Origin: Candidatus Villigracilis proximus
GTDB taxonomy: Bacteria > Chloroflexota > Anaerolineae > Anaerolineales > Villigracilaceae
Direction of reading: 5' to 3'
DNA: 64,000 nt
Assembly: GCA_016715195.1 (NCBI GenBank)
Contig: JADKBB010000005.1
Span: 30,053-94,052, forward strand
The notes under the pieces are model-generated. The model was not told where the DNA came from. It ran no database searches and was given only the letters and a program-made list of their open reading frames with translations. Below, one piece after another: positions 49,896 through 59,581 of this stretch; within the stretch, counting starts at the first letter, position 1; the number at the start of each line of letters is the position of its first letter. A program made the position numbers and the translations under genes.

Positions 49896-50821
49896 GGCTT
49901 GGGCTGCCGTGATGCAAGATAAATCCCCGAGAGGATCAATGCGCCGCCAACAATGGTCACGAGTGTGGGAATCTCGTTCAAAATAAAGAACGCCAAAATA
50001 GCCGAGCCAACTGGTTCACCAAGAATGGTGATTGCCACAAAAGCTGCGGGCATATATTTAAGACTCCAATTAAAAGTAGAGTGACCGAGTAATTGCGGCA
50101 GCACAGCCAGTAAAAAAATCCAGCCGTATGTTTTGGGGGCAAAGCCGAGCGGCGAATTTCCGCTTGCAAACATAATGACGATCAATGCAATCGCGGCAAT
50201 GCCATACACCATAAAAATATACGGGATGAGCGAAATGCCGCTGCGCAATTTTCTGCCGATGATGAGATAACCTGTCAACGCGAACGCACCAAGCAGCGAG
50301 AGGAAGTTGCCCCACATGGCACGGCCTTGCAGGACATCTTGTAATGCCGGACAGGATAGCCCGGACTCCCAGACACACGCATCAGACAAGCCGATAATTG
50401 TTCCGCCTGCGAGTGACAGGATCAACCCGAAGATGGCTGTTCGCGCGAGATGTTCCTTCAGTAAAAACGGAGAGAGCAACGCCACCCAAAGCGGCCCCGT
50501 GCTGACAAAGACCACAGAGCTCGCCACACTGGTGTACTCAAGGGATGATATCCATGTGGCGAAATGTAAGGCGAGGAAAATGCCCGAGAAAACACCGAGC
50601 AGTATTTCGTTAAGAGTGAGGCGCTTTATTTCGTCAATGTGTTTCGTGAGCGCAAACGGCATCAGAATCACAGTCGCAATTGACATTCTGAGCGCAGCGA
50701 TCACCAGTGACGGCGCGCCGTCAGCCTGCGCAAAGCGGATAAAAATACTGGATGTGGAAACGGCAAGGATGGCGATGGTGATGGCAAAGGGGAGCAGCAG
50801 GCGGGCGCGGGTGTCGGTCAT
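49892..50821 (-). CDS. DMT/EamA family transporter
   Basis: About 10 TM helices; HFATWISSL.YTSVA and LGEPVGS. Confidence 0.9.
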   Translation of the reverse strand: MTDTRARLLLPFAITIAILAVSTSSIFIRFAQADGAPSLVIAALRMSIATVILMPFALTKHIDEIKRLTLNEILLGVFSGIFLALHFATWISSLEYTSVASSVVFVSTGPLWVALLSPFLLKEHLARTAIFGLILSLAGGTIIGLSDACVWESGLSCPALQDVLQGRAMWGNFLSLLGAFALTGYLIIGRKLRSGISLIPYIFMVYGIAAIALIVIMFASGNSPLGFAPKTYGWIFLLAVLPQLLGHSTFNWSLKYMPAAFVAITILGEPVGSAILAFFILNEIPTLVTIVGGALILSGIYLASRQPKP

Positions 50822-50982
50822 TTTTATTCCTAAAGTCAGGTTTCGCGGACTTGATTTATATGATATTTGTATAAAAATTGTCCAAATTCTTGTCGGGAAC
50901 GTTATATCAAGGTAAAATCGAATTATACGTGGAAAGAATGTAATTTCATAAATTATCAGGATCAACTCTAAGGAGAAATACC

Positions 50983-51588
50983 ATGGCTTTTGAATTACCC
51001 AAACTTGCTTATGCCTATGATGCTCTGGAGCCGCACATTGATGCGCGCACCATGGAAATTCATCACACCAAGCACCACAACACCTATGTCACCAATTTGA
51101 ACGCCGCGATCGAAAAGACCCCCGAACTCGCCGGCAAGTCACTTGAAGAATTGCTCGGTGACTTGAATGCTGTTCCCGAAGGCGTGCGCATGGTTGTCCG
51201 CAATCATGGCGGCGGCACATACAATCACAACTTATTCTGGGAAGTGATGGGACCCAACGCCGGCGGCGCGCCAAAGGGCGAGCTTGCCAAGGCCATTGAT
51301 GCTTCTTTCACTTCATTCGATGCTTTCAAGGCTGAGTTTGAAAAAGCCGCCACCACTCGCTTCGGCTCAGGCTGGGCCTGGCTTGTCAAAAAAGGCAGCG
51401 GATTGGCTGTCGTATCCACCGCCAATCAGGATTGCCCTCTCTCCGACGGCCTGACCCCGATCCTGGGACTCGATGTTTGGGAGCACGCTTACTATCTCAA
51501 CTACCAGAATCGCCGCCCTGATTACATCAGCGCATTCTGGAATGTAGTCAACTGGGATGCTGTCGCTGCCCGCTATTCTGCAAAATAA
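50983..51588 (+). CDS. sodA: Superoxide dismutase (Mn/Fe, Mn-like)
   Basis: [30 protein letters not shown]. Confidence 0.96.
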   Translation: MAFELPKLAYAYDALEPHIDARTMEIHHTKHHNTYVTNLNAAIEKTPELAGKSLEELLGDLNAVPEGVRMVVRNHGGGTYNHNLFWEVMGPNAGGAPKGELAKAIDASFTSFDAFKAEFEKAATTRFGSGWAWLVKKGSGLAVVSTANQDCPLSDGLTPILGLDVWEHAYYLNYQNRRPDYISAFWNVVNWDAVAARYSAK

Positions 51589-51606
51589 TTAACATATAAT
51601 TTTTAC

Positions 51607-51643
51607 AAAAAGAGTCTCCGCTATTTTTGCGGAGACTCCTTTT
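51607..51643 (+). terminator. Intrinsic terminator after sodA
   Basis: GAGTCTCCGC...GCGGAGACTC followed by a T-run. Confidence 0.75.
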
Positions 51644-51763
51644 GTTTGTGGCTATGAAAATCGGCGGTTGAATTAAGAGTCTGTTTGAAAAGTAAACACC
51701 AAGTCACAAAGACACGAAGTCACGAAAGTTTTTTCTTGGCAGACCGGTGATTTTTGGCAGGTT

Positions 51764-52186
51764 CTAAATATCCTTCGCCTGTTTCATTTGGACAACCGCC
51801 ACGCCCAGTACAACTGTCGCAAGGAACATGGAGAGTCCGCCGACCAGTACTGTATAGAACGGCAGCCCAAGATACATTTCACTCAAGATTCCCAAGGGCA
51901 TGAGCAGACCAGTCAATGCCAGCCCGGAGACCCATTTTGCTTGGTTCTCTTTTACTTGCAGTTTGATAAGTAGAAAGCCAAAGACGATGTTCAGCAGGGA
52001 AAATAGATTCCCGTGGACATGAGCCAGCCGTGCTTCAAAATGCGGGCTGACGTTGTACTCCGCGATCCATGCTTCTTTGCCGGGGGCAAAATCCCGTAGA
52101 TAGATCAGTACAAAACCGTAGATCATGAAGGACGCCATTACCCAAAGCCCGACGCCAATGTTCCATTTGCCAATTGTGGTTTTCAT
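51764..52186 (-). CDS. 4-TM membrane protein with a putative heme/metal His motif
   Basis: RLAHVHGNL motif; GGAG RBS. Confidence 0.65.
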   Translation of the reverse strand: MKTTIGKWNIGVGLWVMASFMIYGFVLIYLRDFAPGKEAWIAEYNVSPHFEARLAHVHGNLFSLLNIVFGFLLIKLQVKENQAKWVSGLALTGLLMPLGILSEMYLGLPFYTVLVGGLSMFLATVVLGVAVVQMKQAKDI

Positions 52187-52262
52187 TTTTTCTCCTTGCT
52201 GTTTTTCTAACTTACCAAACTCGTCAATGAAATTCACGAGTGAAACCCTGATTTGGGTTTAA

Positions 52263-52799
52263 TTATTTTCCGTACCACATCCGCGCCAAAAGATTATCTT
52301 TGAGCATAAACTGGTGATACAGCGCCGCCCCGGCGTGCAGGAGGATTAACAACACCAGTGCGGGTGCGATAAAGCCGTGCAGGATACGTGAGGTAAAGGC
52401 AAGAAAATCCGCGGGCAGGGCTGCTCCTGAATTTCCAAAGACAATGGGCATTAACCCCGATTGAAGCGAAAGCGCCATGCCGCTGATCGTCATTAGAAAA
52501 ACGAACACGTAAAGCGCATAGTGGACCAGTTTGCCGATCTGATCGAGAAAGGCATTGCCTGTCGTAGCTGAATCAGGTTTGGGCAGGCGCAGACGCGTAA
52601 TAAATCGGGCGATGATTACTACCAGCGTGATTCCGCCCAGGAGCATGTGTATACCGAGTGGCGCGATTTTCCCCGCTTCGTTGTTGGGGAGGCTGCTTAT
52701 ATACTTGCCAAGAATAAAAGCAATGAACACCAGAACAACAACCAGCCAGTGAAAGCTGACTTGTAACGGGTGATAACGAACAGGTGCGATTTTTGACAT
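52263..52799 (-). CDS. Cytochrome b561 (CybB/YceJ-like)
   Basis: RY...Q..FHW, HMLLG, H.ALY, H...ALYHQ...D..L.RM. Confidence 0.9.
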   Translation of the reverse strand: MSKIAPVRYHPLQVSFHWLVVVLVFIAFILGKYISSLPNNEAGKIAPLGIHMLLGGITLVVIIARFITRLRLPKPDSATTGNAFLDQIGKLVHYALYVFVFLMTISGMALSLQSGLMPIVFGNSGAALPADFLAFTSRILHGFIAPALVLLILLHAGAALYHQFMLKDNLLARMWYGK

Positions 52800-52815
52800 G
52801 ATTAACCTCTTGTGT

Positions 52816-53195
52816 CTATGATTGAGAGCTTTTCTTTCGTGCCCCGAAAAATATCAGCGCCAGAATGGTGAGCCAGACCGTCAATCGAAACAACATGGCG
52901 TAGATACTTTGTGCTGCGGGTGTGCCGCGAAATGCAGAGAGCAGCAGCAAAGTCACAACCGCGTGGATTCCAAATGTCGTCAGCGCTGCGGGCATTGCGT
53001 ATTGACTATTTTCCAAATTAAAATGGCCGGGATAAAAACTGTCAGTACGCCCATAATGAAGTTGTAAACAGGCAGCCAGTGGAGAACAAAGTATCCCGGG
53101 CTCCAACCCCGCATTGCCATTCCGCCGGCCAGTATTGATAAAGTGCCAACGATGAAGGCAAGAACGGCCGCGATCTTATTTAATCTTGTATTCAC
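52816..53195 (-). CDS. Membrane protein; frameshift near 53010
   Basis: Two overlapping hydrophobic ORFs (WLPVYNF...; AMLFRLTVW); AGGAG before a GTG start. Confidence 0.6.
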
Positions 53196-53249
53196 TGTGA
53201 ACTCCTTGCAATGCATCAGGTCTTTGATGGGAAATATGACAATGCAGTT

Positions 53250-53573
53250 TTATTGCTCGCCCTTTGAGCCAAGAAATACAATCCGCGTCTTTGCGTTCAT
53301 CCCGCGCTTTACACCGCTCGGCACAACCACTGTCACACCGGGTTTGATTTCAAAGGCATCTTCACCGACTGTCATCAAGCCAGTGCCTTCAAGAAAATGA
53401 TACATTGCCGCCTCACCAGGGTGAGCGGGGATTTGTCCGCCGGCTTCAAGCCCAACGACCAGCGCCTTAAATTTTGGCGTATCAATTAAAAATTGCGGCT
53501 TGGGTCCGCCTTCTGAAAATACAGCTTTTGCCTTTGTGTCTACGAAATAGAATTGTGAATTTGTGTCAGACAT
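53250..53573 (-). CDS. Cupin-domain protein
   Basis: LEAGGQIPAH...LEGTG...PG....VPSG; AGGAG RBS. Confidence 0.85.
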   Translation of the reverse strand: MSDTNSQFYFVDTKAKAVFSEGGPKPQFLIDTPKFKALVVGLEAGGQIPAHPGEAAMYHFLEGTGLMTVGEDAFEIKPGVTVVVPSGVKRGMNAKTRIVFLGSKGEQ

Positions 53574-53625
53574 TGAAAACTCCTTTTGGATATATCTGAC
53601 TTTATCTCTTTCCCCCGCATCCCGC

Positions 53626-53641
53626 CCCGACTTTTGTCGGG
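53626..53641. promoter_or_regulatory. Putative Crp/Fnr-family activator site CCCGAC-N4-GTCGGG
   Basis: Perfect palindrome centred -41.5 relative to the start implied by a minus-strand -10 TAAAGT at 53604-53599. Confidence 0.6.
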
Positions 53642-53657
53642 TTTTTGCCCCCGGTTA

Positions 53658-54344
53658 TTATTTGCCCTGAATCATTGCCCGCTTCGTTAATCCCTCGCGA
53701 TCCAGAATGCGGATTTGATTTTTGTCCATTTCGATCAACCCTGCTTTGGTTAACTCGCGGATCACGCGGCCTAACACATCCGGCACCGTGCCAAGATGCG
53801 AAGCCATTTCCGTTTGCGTTGTCCAGCGGCGACGTTCGATAACGCCTTCTTCGGCTTGCTCCAGTAAAAGATTTGCAAATCTGGCTTCCACGCTTTTCAA
53901 AGTAAGGTCAGCGGCAAGCGACACAAGCCCGATGATCTTATCCGCCATGTTTTCGATGATCCGCATCGCCGCCTGCGGATGGGCAAGGATTACCTCCTCA
54001 AGCAGCTTGCGCGGAATCAACCATATTCCCGACTCTTCAAGCGCAACTGCCGTCGCCGGGTTTGGACGGTTCGCCAGCACACCCACCTCATTAAATATTT
54101 CACCGGCGCCAATAAACCGCAGCACCTGTTCGCGCCCATCGCCCGAAGATTTTAAAACTTTCAACGAACCATATTGCAGGTAATACAAATTGGACTCGGT
54201 ATCGCCCTCCCAAAATATGACTGTGCCCGCCGCAAACACCTTCCAGGTGGAATGCTTTGCCATTTTTTCGAGAGTCTCTTCATCCAGCCCGCGCAGGAAT
54301 TCAAAGGCCTGTAATCGTTTAAGTAGAACTTCGGTTTGCGCCAT
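53658..54344 (-). CDS. Crp/Fnr-family regulator (DNR/HcpR-like, no FNR Cys cluster)
   Basis: IFWEGD, GREQVL, GEIFNE, HTH TQTEMASHLGTVPDVLGR. Confidence 0.9.
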   Translation of the reverse strand: MAQTEVLLKRLQAFEFLRGLDEETLEKMAKHSTWKVFAAGTVIFWEGDTESNLYYLQYGSLKVLKSSGDGREQVLRFIGAGEIFNEVGVLANRPNPATAVALEESGIWLIPRKLLEEVILAHPQAAMRIIENMADKIIGLVSLAADLTLKSVEARFANLLLEQAEEGVIERRRWTTQTEMASHLGTVPDVLGRVIRELTKAGLIEMDKNQIRILDREGLTKRAMIQGK

Positions 54345-54394
54345 ACGGCAAGTGTAGCATGGAAACATTCACGGGATTTGAAAAAATTCGCATG

Positions 54395-54423
54395 TTGACT
54401 AGACAAGTTTCAAAGGGTAAAAT
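54395..54423 (+). promoter_or_regulatory. Sigma70 promoter of the pur operon
   Basis: TTGACT-17 nt-TAAAAT. Confidence 0.7.
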
Positions 54424-54450
54424 GGCCTCGGTTTTCAAAAAGGATCACCC

Positions 54451-57222
54451 ATGCCAACCTATAAATTCATCGTTCACTTTGTCAATCAAGACCCAAGATC
54501 AGCCTCTTTTATGAAGGAGGCTCAAGCGCTGGGCTTTCGCACCCTGCAACAGATCACAGTTCAAGACCTCTACTTCATCGAGGGTCAATTGTCTCAGGAG
54601 GATTGCAGACAGTTGACCCTCAAACTTTTAACCGACCCCGTGACTCAAACCGCTTCCTGGATGGAGATCCCGCATCTTTCTGCGCCCGAGCCTGATACGG
54701 TTATTCTGGAAGTAGCTCTCCGCCCGGGCGTCACCGACCCGGTAGCCGAGCAAATTGTCCGCGCCGCGCACGAGCTGGGATTCAACGACGTCCACCACGC
54801 AGCCACCGGCCAGCGCTTTCTTCGTTACATCGTTGACCTTATCCGTTCATCCGATTCGCGCAAGCAATCCGTTACATGCGTATTGCGTCTCTGTTCGCCA
54901 ACCCCGTCATCCATCACTGGACAATTGGCGATATCACTCCATCCTTTCCGCAGGAAACAGAATCCAGTGGGGCAGTGGAAGTTATCCCCGTTCGCAGCTT
55001 GACCGATAGCGAGCTGCTCGCTCTCTCCAAAGACCGCCGCGCCGCGCTTGATCTGGCAGAGATGAAAGCGATTCAAAATTATTTCACCAAAGAACAACGC
55101 GACCCCACCGATGTCGAATTTGAAACCATCGCCCAAACCTGGAGCGAACACTGCGGACATAAAACGTTTAAAGCCAAAGTGACGATAGACGATAGACGAC
55201 AGACCGCGTCTTCTGATGGTCAATTGTCCGTGGTCGATAGTCTGATAAAAACCTATCTCAAATCTGCCACCGACAAAATAAACGCGCCGTGGGTTATCTC
55301 TGCTTTTGTAGATAACGCCGGCATCATTGACTTTGACGATGAATACGAAATTTCATTCAAGGCCGAGACGCACAACCATCCGTCAGCCATTGAACCGTTT
55401 GGGGGGGCCAACACAGGCGTCGGCGGAGTCATACGCGATGTGATTGGAGTCAGTGCAAAACCCATCGCCAATACAGATGTCCTTTGCTTCGGTCCGCAGG
55501 ATCTAAATCCAGATACTTTGCCGGAAGGTGTTTTACATCCGCGCCGCATTCAATCGGGCGTGGTCGCAGGCGTGCAGGATTATGGCAACAAGATCGGCAT
55601 CCCAACCGTCAATGGCGCGATTTTGTATGATGAAGGCTACACAGCCAATCCGCTCGTTTTTTGCGGATGTGTGGGACTCGCGCCAAAAGGCAAACACGTC
55701 CGCACGCCGCGCACAGGTGACCGGGTGATCGTGCTCGGTGGCCGCACAGGTCGTGATGGATTGCGCGGCGCGACGTTTTTCTTCCATGACCATGGATGCA
55801 CAGACCGGTGAAGTGGCCGGCGCTTCAGTGCAGATCGGCGACCCCATCACTGAAAAAGGTTTGATTGATGTGATTGTCCGCGCGCGTGACTTGGGCTTAT
55901 ACACAGCCATCACCGATTGCGGTGCCGGCGGACTTTCATCCGCGGCTGGTGAAATGGCTTCCACCATCGGCGCGGATATTGAACTCTCGCATGTGAAACT
56001 CAAATACCCCGGCCTCGCTCCGTGGGAGATCTGGCTTTCAGAAGCACAGGAACGCATGGTGCTTTCGGTTCCTGTTGAGAAAATTTCTGACCTGCAAAAA
56101 TTATGCGACACCTTCGATACTGAATTAACCGACATCGGCGAATTCACAGGCGATGGCCGTCTTGTTGTTCGCCATAACGGAAATATTGTTGTCAACATGA
56201 ACAACGAATTTTTGCACGATGGTATTCCACAGAGGAGCTGAAAGCAGTGATCGAAATCGATATTGCAGTGATCGGCATTCGTCAATTCCATCGTAATCGA
56301 ATATCAAAACCTTGCTCAATCTTTTATCATCTCCAAACATCGCCAGTAAATCTTCTGTGATTCGCATCTACGATCACGAAGTGCAAGGCGGTACAGTCGT
56401 CAAACCGTTGACAGGCGTCGAAGCCGATGCGCCTTCTGATGCGGCGGTCATTAAACCGATTGGCACACGTGGCGTAAAAGGCATTGTGCTCTCAAACGGC
56501 ATCAATCCCGAATATGGCAAACGCGACGCGTACAAAATGGCCTGGTCGGTGATTGACGAGGCCATTCGCAACGCAGTCGCTGTCGGCGCCGACCCGCAGC
56601 GCATTGCCATTCTCGATAATTTCTGCTGGGGCGATCCGCTCCGCCCTGAGACCATGGGTTCGCTGGTTGAAGCCTGCCGTGGATGTCACGATGCGGCGCT
56701 GTTTTATGGCACGCCTTTTATCAGCGGTAAAGACTCGCTCAATAATGAATATCTCGGCGCCGATGGTCAACGTCACGCCATTCCGCCTACGTTGTTGATC
56801 TCAGCTATTGGCATTATCCATGATATCAACACAGCTGTAACAATGGATCTGAAAGCGGCCGGAAATGAGATTTATTTGATCGGCAGTGATTTGGTAAATA
56901 GTGATCAGTTGGTTCCTGACATTCACAAAGACACAGCACAGGTTTATCGCGCATTACATCAAGCGATACAAAATGGCTTGGTCAAATCTGCGCACGATCC
57001 CTTGGTTTGGAAATAAACACAACATCAAATCTCTTTACCGAAGTCAATGGCTGTCTGCTTGTCGAAGTCACTCCTTCAAATACATCAGCATTTGAAACTC
57101 AATTCTCAAACCTGCCCATCACCAAAATTGGCACAGTCACCACCAACCCCATTCTCAAATTTGCCGATATAGAAATTCCCGTAGAGGAACTTGTCCATGC
57201 CTTTAACATTCATCCTTCGTAA
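54451..57222 (+). CDS. purL: FGAM synthase PurL with fused N-terminal PurS-like domains; several frameshifts and an apparent deletion near 57000
   Basis: [10 protein letters not shown] (PurS-like), [48 protein letters not shown]. Confidence 0.9.
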
Positions 57223-57259
57223 TTCACGCGAAGCGTTCAGCCTTCATCCTTTCCCCCTT

Positions 57260-58099
57260 ATGAAACCAAAAGCCCTCGTCCTCCAAGCCCACGGCTCCAA
57301 CCGCGATTTCGACGTAATGGATGCGCTGACCCTTGCCGGCGCTGACCCGATCGGAGTTCCGCTCAACGAATTGCGGACCGCTGCGCGCAACGCGCTCTTT
57401 CTTAACTTTGAACTGCTCATTGTTCCCGGCGGTTTTTCCTACGCTGATGCATTAGGCGCAGGCAAACTTCTTGCGCTTGATCTCGCATCGTATTTTGCTG
57501 ATGAAATATCCGCTTTTGTGGAGTCAGGCAAACCCGTGATCGGTATTTGCAATGGATTTCAAGCGCTGGTGAAATCAGGAATATTGCCGTTTGGAAAGAA
57601 AGATGAAAGAGGAAAGAACGATGCAGAGGTGACATTGACTTTTAATGCTCAAGGTCATTTTGAATGCCGCTGGGTAGACCTCAAACCGGTTTCTCAAAAA
57701 TGTATCTGGACAAAAGATTTAAGTGAAAACATTACTTGTCCCATTGCGCATGGCGAAGGCAACTTCCAAACTACAGATCTCTTTCCCCTTTCCTCTTTCA
57801 TCGCTAACGATCAAATCGCTCTTACTTATATCCACGCGAATGGATCGCCTGCTAATGGCGAATATCCTGTCAACCCCAATGGCTCGATTATGGATATCGC
57901 AGGGATTTGCAACCCGCAGGGCAATGTGCTGGGACTCATGCCGCATCCTGAGAATCACATCCACCTTTGGCAGCATCCGCGTCACACACGTGGTGAACAT
58001 GGCGGCAGCGGCTTGAAACTGTTTGAAAACGGCGTGAAGTACGCAAGTCAAAAATATAAATTTAATAGTATAAGGAAAAGATATGATCTCAAAAAATGA
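57260..58099 (+). CDS. purQ: FGAM synthase glutaminase subunit
   Basis: PGGFSYAD, GICNGFQ, AHGEG, NPNGS, MPHPE. Confidence 0.94.
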   Translation: MKPKALVLQAHGSNRDFDVMDALTLAGADPIGVPLNELRTAARNALFLNFELLIVPGGFSYADALGAGKLLALDLASYFADEISAFVESGKPVIGICNGFQALVKSGILPFGKKDERGKNDAEVTLTFNAQGHFECRWVDLKPVSQKCIWTKDLSENITCPIAHGEGNFQTTDLFPLSSFIANDQIALTYIHANGSPANGEYPVNPNGSIMDIAGICNPQGNVLGLMPHPENHIHLWQHPRHTRGEHGGSGLKLFENGVKYASQKYKFNSIRKRYDLKK

Positions 58100-59054
58100 A
58101 TTATTGCAACGAATTCCGCAGGCGCTTGATGAAACAAATCTGCCGTTGGCGGGGAAACAATCAGGCAAGGTGCGTGATTGGTACGATCTTCCAGATGGGC
58201 AGCGACTTATTGTCACCACAGATCGCCTTTCTGCGTTTGATATTATTCTGGCGCAAGTGCCATATAAAGGACAGGTACTCAATCAATTATCCGCCTGGTG
58301 GTTTGAGCAGACGAAAGATATTATCCCCAATCACCTGATTTCCATGCCTGACCCGAATGTTTCGATTGTGCGTGTGGCTGAGCCGATTCTTGTCGAAGTC
58401 ATCGTGCGTGGATATATCACGGGCGTTACATCCACGGCCTTGTGGTATCGCTATTCATTAGGCGAGCGCGAAATTTATGGTTACACATTTCCTGACGGCT
58501 TACAGAAAAATTCCGCTTTGCCGGAGCCGATCATTACTCCCACCACCAAAGGCGGCGAGACAGGTCACGACGAGCGCCTGACCTGTGCTGAAGTGGTTGA
58601 AAAAGGCCTGCTTGACGAGAAGACATGGAATCAAGTACAAGCTGCCGCATTAGCCATCTTCAAACGAGGACAAGAGTTGGCGCGCAAGGCAGGCTTGATC
58701 CTTGTGGATACAAAATATGAATTTGGCATTGCTTCTGATGGAAGCGTGGTGCTGATTGACGAAGTCCACACACCAGATTCGTCCCGCTTCTGGAAAGCGG
58801 ATACATACGAAGCAAGATTTGCAGCTGGCGAAGACCCTGAAAATTTTGACAAGGAATTTGTCCGCATTGCGTATGCAGACAAAGGCTATCGCGGCGACGG
58901 TGAAATCCCGGCAATGCCCGCTGAGTTATGGGCGGCGGCAAGTGAGCGTTATATTACTATTTATGAGATGCTGACAGGCGAAATATTTGTGCCCGGAGAG
59001 TACCCTGTTCAGGGACGATTGGTTGAAAATTTAAAAAAAGCTGGAGTGATTTAA
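58083..59054 (+). CDS. purC: SAICAR synthetase
   Basis: GKVRD, TDRLSAFD, DTKYEFG, DEVHTPDSSRFW. Confidence 0.95.
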   Translation: MISKNELLQRIPQALDETNLPLAGKQSGKVRDWYDLPDGQRLIVTTDRLSAFDIILAQVPYKGQVLNQLSAWWFEQTKDIIPNHLISMPDPNVSIVRVAEPILVEVIVRGYITGVTSTALWYRYSLGEREIYGYTFPDGLQKNSALPEPIITPTTKGGETGHDERLTCAEVVEKGLLDEKTWNQVQAAALAIFKRGQELARKAGLILVDTKYEFGIASDGSVVLIDEVHTPDSSRFWKADTYEARFAAGEDPENFDKEFVRIAYADKGYRGDGEIPAMPAELWAAASERYITIYEMLTGEIFVPGEYPVQGRLVENLKKAGVI

Positions 59055-59056
59055 TT

Positions 59057-59557
59057 ATGTCGAATGCACTTGTTGTAATTTTGATGGGATCCAAGGCAGA
59101 TATGGAGCATAGCAAGAAGATAGCCGATGCATGTAACCAGTTTGGAATTGAATCGGTCATGCGCATTGCGTCAGCTCACAAGACTGCGGAACACGCGCTG
59201 AAGATACTGCGTGATTACGAAGCAGATGCACGTTCAATAGTTTATATCACCGTTGCGGGAAGAAGCAACGCCCTGAGCGGATTTACAGACGGCACCGTGA
59301 GCGCGCCGGTCATTGCCTGCCCGCCGCCGTCTGAGGCGTTTGGCGGGGCGGATGTTTATTCGTCACTGCGAATGCCTTCGGGGATTGCACCTGCGGTTGT
59401 TCTGGAACCTATCAACGCGGCATTGTTCGCCGCAAAAATTATCGGGTTGGTGGATGAATCAGTGCGGGAGCAGGTAAAGGTGAGTCAGAAGCGGGCGGCA
59501 GATAAAATCATAGAAGACGATGCGAGCGTCCAGTATTCGGTTGGTAGTGATCGGTAG
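59057..59557 (+). CDS. purE: AIR carboxylase, class II-type PurE
   Basis: MGSKAD, SAHK, AGRSNALSG, PVIACPP, SSLRMPSG. Confidence 0.9.
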   Translation: MSNALVVILMGSKADMEHSKKIADACNQFGIESVMRIASAHKTAEHALKILRDYEADARSIVYITVAGRSNALSGFTDGTVSAPVIACPPPSEAFGGADVYSSLRMPSGIAPAVVLEPINAALFAAKIIGLVDESVREQVKVSQKRAADKIIEDDASVQYSVGSDR

Positions 59558-59581
59558 TCAGGTTTTAATCCAGAGGTTTGA

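Noticed and set aside
54424-54450. Purine or ZTP riboswitch before the pur operon
   Set aside because: The leader between the -10 box and the ATG is under 30 nt, too short for an aptamer.
56230-56245. TGA in purL (GIPQRS*) as a second selenocysteine codon
   Set aside because: It is not at a Cys position, the protein continues in another frame, and no SECIS-like hairpin is evident; this is a frameshift.
43346-57222. hisS, malQ, purL and others as pseudogenes or programmed frameshifts
   Set aside because: These are essential or conserved genes with no other decay, and the scattered homopolymer indels fit sequencing error better.
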